From Chloroflexota bacterium (GTDB lineage: Bacteria; Chloroflexota; Dehalococcoidia; GIF9; AB-539-J10): a stretch of 58,989 nt of DNA. The notes under the pieces are model-generated. The model saw only the letters and a program-made list of their open reading frames with translations, was not told the DNA's origin and did not search any database. A program made the translations under genes and the position numbers. The stretch covers positions 1 through 58,989 of the forward strand of contig JBMCVZ010000001.1 of NCBI GenBank assembly GCA_048621695.1, written 5' to 3'. Below, piece after piece: positions 55,974 to 58,989 of the stretch. Positions within the stretch are counted from its first letter, which is position 1. Each line of letters starts with the position of its first letter.

Positions 55974-56069
55974 GTCATTGCGAGGAGTCCCGATGAATCG
56001 GGACGACGTGGCAATCTCACCTTATAGTTCTCTCTCCCCTGGCGGGAGAGAGTTAGAGTGAGGGGGATT
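55974..56069. repeat. Family A unit (55974-56018) followed by family C unit (56031-56069)
   Basis: GTCATTGCGAGGAGTCCCGATGAATCGGGACGACGTGGCAATCTC is close to the reverse complement of 11122-11165. TCTCTCCCCTGGCGGGAGAGAGTTAGAGTGAGGGGGATT is close to 12226-12264. Confidence 0.8.
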
Positions 56070-56181
56070 TCGTTTGTCATTTGGATTTTGACATTTGAGT
56101 CTTTTCAGTCTTTGCATTTTAACTTGTCATTTTTGTTTTTTGTCTTTGATTTTTAATATCGTTCAGGATTTGATATCACCT

Positions 56182-56230
56182 ATCTCTAATCTCTAATTCC
56201 TAATTCCTGCCTCCTGACTACTGTCTACTA
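56182..56230. repeat. Heptamer-periodic low-complexity tract
   Basis: The tract reads ATCTCTA-ATCTCTA-ATTCCTA-ATTCCTG-CCTCCTG-ACTACTG-TCTACTA. It contains the CTGACTA word complementary to the cdhC-cdhE spacer heptamer. Confidence 0.65.
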
Positions 56231-56596
56231 GTTTTCTGAACGTGCTTATCGAGCCGCAGAGGTAGCGGCTGCCTATTAAGCAGCGGGCCGCTGGTTCGGA
56301 TCTCTCCAGGGACGCCACTAAGTCAGGCAAAGGAACCGCTTTTCTAGGTAACCGACAACTCAGGTAACAATCTGACGAAGTGTTTATGAGCGAACTTTTT
56401 TGACTTCCACAATCCAATATGTGAGGGCAAGAAAACCTTCACAGCATAGTTTATATCCCGAGTAATTCTCCTCTGGGTCTAACGGACGAGCGCATTTATT
56501 CGCGTATAGGTTTCCCATTCACCGCCTAAGTTCAGCTTACATTGTTAGCCTGCTATATTAAACTTGCATAATTCACTATATATTTACAGTACCTAC

Positions 56597-56625
56597 TTGA
56601 CAAATGACTAACCATGTGTTATACT
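56597..56625 (+). promoter_or_regulatory. Near-consensus sigma-70 promoter for the island genes
   Basis: The sequence is TTGACA-17 nt-TATACT, followed by AGGAGG (56641-56646) and the ATG at 56654. Confidence 0.5.
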
Positions 56626-56653
56626 TACATTAGTATGTTCAGGAGGTATCAAC

Positions 56654-57328
56654 ATGGTTACTATATCAAGCCTTCCGCAGATATTAACTCCAGACGAGAT
56701 AGCCGATTATCTGAAAGTAAGTTCCAATGCTGTTCTGAAAGAATTGGAGGGTGGATACCTGAGAGGATTTAAAATAGGCTCAGAGTGGCGTTGCACTGAT
56801 GTGGCGTTGCTAGATTATATAGGAAAGAACGTAAACTCGTTATTGATTAATAGGGGAGCTTCAAAAGAACTTGAATGTGAGCCAACCAGCTTCACGGAAA
56901 TTGGAGAATTCGACTACCAGTGGCCTCTTGCGAGTGAGCATTTTGAAAATGGATATGAAACCACATGTAAAATTAACGGTCGTACATATACATTCAAAAT
57001 TGGCTTTACTGATCGAAAAGCAGCAGGGCAAATGCGCCGTCGCGTTGTGGTATGGATAGATAACTGGCCTTTGGTCGAATTTGCTGGAAGCAATAACTAC
57101 GAATCTGATGGGTTACTTGCCAGCGTTATTAAGGTTGAAGGCGGAAAGCAGCTTCGCCCATCAGGAAAAATGCCTGATGAATATAAAGATTTTCATATTG
57201 CAAAGTATGATTCCATAGTGCAAGGGCCATATGCCAGCCGAAACTTGGCGGTCATAGTGTCAAAAGATGACCTGGAATCAATGCTTCATCATGCAATCAT
57301 TAGAGCGAAATTGAAGAACCGCATATGA
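56654..57328 (+). CDS. Excisionase-family (MerR-like) HTH protein with an uncharacterised ~150-aa C-terminal domain
   Basis: The N-terminus LTPDEIADYLKVSSNAVLKELEGGYLRGFKIGSEWRCTDVALLDYI follows the excisionase/HTH_17 pattern. I do not recognise the remainder. Confidence 0.6.
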   Translation: MVTISSLPQILTPDEIADYLKVSSNAVLKELEGGYLRGFKIGSEWRCTDVALLDYIGKNVNSLLINRGASKELECEPTSFTEIGEFDYQWPLASEHFENGYETTCKINGRTYTFKIGFTDRKAAGQMRRRVVVWIDNWPLVEFAGSNNYESDGLLASVIKVEGGKQLRPSGKMPDEYKDFHIAKYDSIVQGPYASRNLAVIVSKDDLESMLHHAIIRAKLKNRI

Positions 57329-57396
57329 TCCGTATAGAAAATTAATGATTGCACGTATCGTGAAGTTGACGAAAAAGAGATTTTGAGGGAGAAGCC

Positions 57397-58011
57397 ATGG
57401 AAAATGAATTATCCAATATGGATATAGCGTTATTTGCTCTCTATAAAAAGGGGGGTGTTTCTCAGAAAGTTCACACGGAAGAGGTCGCGTGGGAAGCATA
57501 CCAACTCGCAAAAGAAAGATTCTCGTGGAGATTGCTAAAATTCAGACAAATGGGATTTCCGGATAAAACGCCGGTACGCTTTGCTTTAGAACAGGCGAAA
57601 AAGAAAGAAAATGGCAAGCTTGTTTCTGGTAGATCAGGCGGTGATGCTGGTGGAGAACTAGAAGGTTGGTGTTTTACTTCGCAGGGAGCAATTTGGATTA
57701 AAGAAAATGAAACGCGTATCTCAGAAAATTTAAAGCAAAAAGTACCAAATGTACCCAAACGCGAAGCAGAACGATTTATAAAGAAAATAAAAATCGATGC
57801 CTTCTTTAGATACTTTCAAGAAAAAGGGAATTTGGACGAGGCGTCGCAATATATGTTTACTGATATGTTAGTTTGCGCTCCAGATGCATCTAAAAAAATT
57901 ATAAGGCAGAAATTCGAACAATTGTATTCTAATGCCGAATTAGTTAATGATTTAGAAATACTGGATTTTCTAGGGGCATGTAAGGGAAAATTTAACGATT
58001 TAGTCACGTAA
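57397..58011 (+). CDS. Hypothetical protein (possible N-terminal winged-helix)
   Basis: It is a clean ORF with a GAGGGAG RBS and a Lys/Glu-rich composition like its neighbours. No family is recognised. Confidence 0.45.
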   Translation: MENELSNMDIALFALYKKGGVSQKVHTEEVAWEAYQLAKERFSWRLLKFRQMGFPDKTPVRFALEQAKKKENGKLVSGRSGGDAGGELEGWCFTSQGAIWIKENETRISENLKQKVPNVPKREAERFIKKIKIDAFFRYFQEKGNLDEASQYMFTDMLVCAPDASKKIIRQKFEQLYSNAELVNDLEILDFLGACKGKFNDLVT

Positions 58012-58028
58012 CCAAAAGGAGGCTGAAA

Positions 58029-58955
58029 ATGAAGTTGGGTGTTCCTATCGATGTTAAGATTACAACAAGGCATTTTGCTTTCAGTAGGCAGTTTGCTATT
58101 AGAGATGTTTATGATGCGCTTGTTGAATTAATAACCAATTCAGATGACAGTTATCACCGGTTATATAAAAAACAGCTTAGAGGTGACGATGGAGGGCCTA
58201 TTTTAATCGAGATTTGTGAACAGAGGAAAGGAGAATCTTCTTCAATAATCATCTATGATAAGGCTGAGGGAATGACATTAGAGACCATGAGTGAAAAATT
58301 CGGTGATGTTGGTAGTCGCCGCAGCGAAGAAGGTGATAGAGGATTCATGGGTAGAGGTGCTAAGGATTGTACTGAGTTGGGTGGAATGATTATTGAATCT
58401 ATAAAAGAGGGGAAATATTATAAATGTGAATTGACTACTAAGCCTCAGTTTATCCCTTGGGAAAATGCTAGAAGTGTTAACAAAGAAATGAGAGAGAGAT
58501 TAGGTATTGAGCGAGGAAATGGTACAGTAATTAGATTACAAATCGAGGCACAACATAGAATTCCACATGTGGCAACGATAATGCGGGATTTACCATGGCA
58601 TTATGCATTAAGAGATATTTTGTCTGAATATAGCCCAACTAAGCTTTTGATTAGAAATTCAAATGACCCGAGGATGAAACCAGAGAAAATTGTATATAGG
58701 CAACCTGTGGCAGAATTGGTATGTGATGAAAGTTTTATAGTCCCGAGTTATCCGCAAGCAAAAGCAAAACTTAAGATTTGGAGAGCCAAGGAACCATTTG
58801 AGGATCCGAGTGAGCGTTTCAGACGATCTGGTTTATTGATCAAAAGTGAGAGAGCAATTCATGAATGCAGCCTTCTTTATTCCGGGTTGGAAAAAGAGCC
58901 TTATGCAAAAAGATATTTTGGAAGATTAGAATGCTATTGGACTGCACCCCTATGA
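58029..58955 (+). CDS. GHKL-superfamily (Hsp90/MORC/HATPase_c_3-like) ATPase
   Basis: The N-box is DALVELITNSDDSY, the G1 box is IIYDKAEGMT, and the G2-like motif is RGFMGRGAKD. An AGGAGG RBS is present. The stop lies only 34 nt before the window end, and 308 aa is short for this family. Confidence 0.6.
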   Translation: MKLGVPIDVKITTRHFAFSRQFAIRDVYDALVELITNSDDSYHRLYKKQLRGDDGGPILIEICEQRKGESSSIIIYDKAEGMTLETMSEKFGDVGSRRSEEGDRGFMGRGAKDCTELGGMIIESIKEGKYYKCELTTKPQFIPWENARSVNKEMRERLGIERGNGTVIRLQIEAQHRIPHVATIMRDLPWHYALRDILSEYSPTKLLIRNSNDPRMKPEKIVYRQPVAELVCDESFIVPSYPQAKAKLKIWRAKEPFEDPSERFRRSGLLIKSERAIHECSLLYSGLEKEPYAKRYFGRLECYWTAPL

Positions 58956-58989
58956 CTGGACAGATAAGGTTAGGAGAGGCTGGCGGGGT

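Larger units (their letters stand above)
56380..58989. mobile_element. Low-GC island (candidate integrated/defence element), truncated by the window end
   Basis: GC drops from about 50% to under 40% by eye (for example 21 G+C in 57361-57420). It carries an excisionase-type HTH gene, two genes with no housekeeping role, and a consensus promoter. It is separated from tsaD by 1.3 kb of repeats. No integrase or clear att site is visible. Confidence 0.35.

Noticed and set aside
56251-56317. tRNA-like signal: GGTTCGGATC (T-loop-like) followed by ...GGGACGCCA, plus a GCTGC-ctattaa-GCAGC stem-loop. It sits right at the border of the low-GC island, where a tRNA or att site would be expected.
   Set aside because: I could not fold a cloverleaf. 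The 5-bp T-stem does not pair (GCTGG versus CTCTC), and no complementary 5' acceptor strand lies upstream. The anticodon-like loop would read AUU, and the D-arm overlaps the anticodon stem. It may be a degenerate tRNA 3' fragment or another structured RNA, and tRNAscan-SE/Infernal should decide.
56318-56345. GTCAGGCAAAGGAACCGC vaguely resembles the SRP RNA domain IV motif (GUCAGGUCCGGAAGGAAGCAGC).
   Set aside because: It has no GNRA tetraloop closing helix and no matching 3' strand of the conserved asymmetric loop. The resemblance is limited to a few bases.
58956-58989. The last 34 nt after the GHKL ATPase stop, considered as a possible assembly junction or start of another feature.
   Set aside because: It is too short to interpret. 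It is noted only because it limits any conclusion about whether the island and the ATPase gene are complete.

Overview
About 59 kb of a bacterial chromosome at roughly 50% GC by eye. Housekeeping genes are bacterial in type: plsY, DegV, ECF sigma/anti-sigma, ychF, holA, tsaD. My guess is an anaerobic Chloroflexota/Dehalococcoidia-like organism, which cannot be verified from this window. Three parts stand out. (1) 1-23 kb holds mixed housekeeping and envelope genes: a partial S8 peptidase, a GLUG-repeat lipoprotein, an ECF sigma module, a PII-like plus 2x DUF1538 operon, a DnaJ-CTD::thioredoxin fusion, a membrane-anchored alpha/alpha-toroid protein, a 1388-aa double-activase fusion, and a surface protein with six X2/Ig-like repeats. 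(2) 23-52 kb is a carbon-fixation and energy block. A 15-gene same-strand Wood-Ljungdahl operon is built on an archaeal-type ACDS: acsE-cdhDABCE, NuoE/F-like flavoprotein, cooC, a cytoplasmic [NiFe]-hydrogenase with its protease, metV-metF and DUF3786. It is followed by a 1349-aa formate dehydrogenase carrying an inserted GltD-like NAD(P)H module, a NarL-type two-component system, a second NuoE/NuoF/FdhA formate dehydrogenase operon, and mobA. (3) 52-59 kb holds a CBS protein plus cation antiporter, tsaD, a 1.3-kb repeat-dense non-coding buffer, and a low-GC island truncated by the window edge (excisionase-type HTH protein, unknown protein, GHKL ATPase). Several families of short REP/MITE-like repeats fill the intergenic DNA, and one copy sits in frame inside tsaD. 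No rRNA, convincing tRNA or CRISPR array was found. The best candidate for a new system is the NuoEF-like / [NiFe]-hydrogenase / MetVF gene block, with the two unusual formate dehydrogenase architectures as further candidates.
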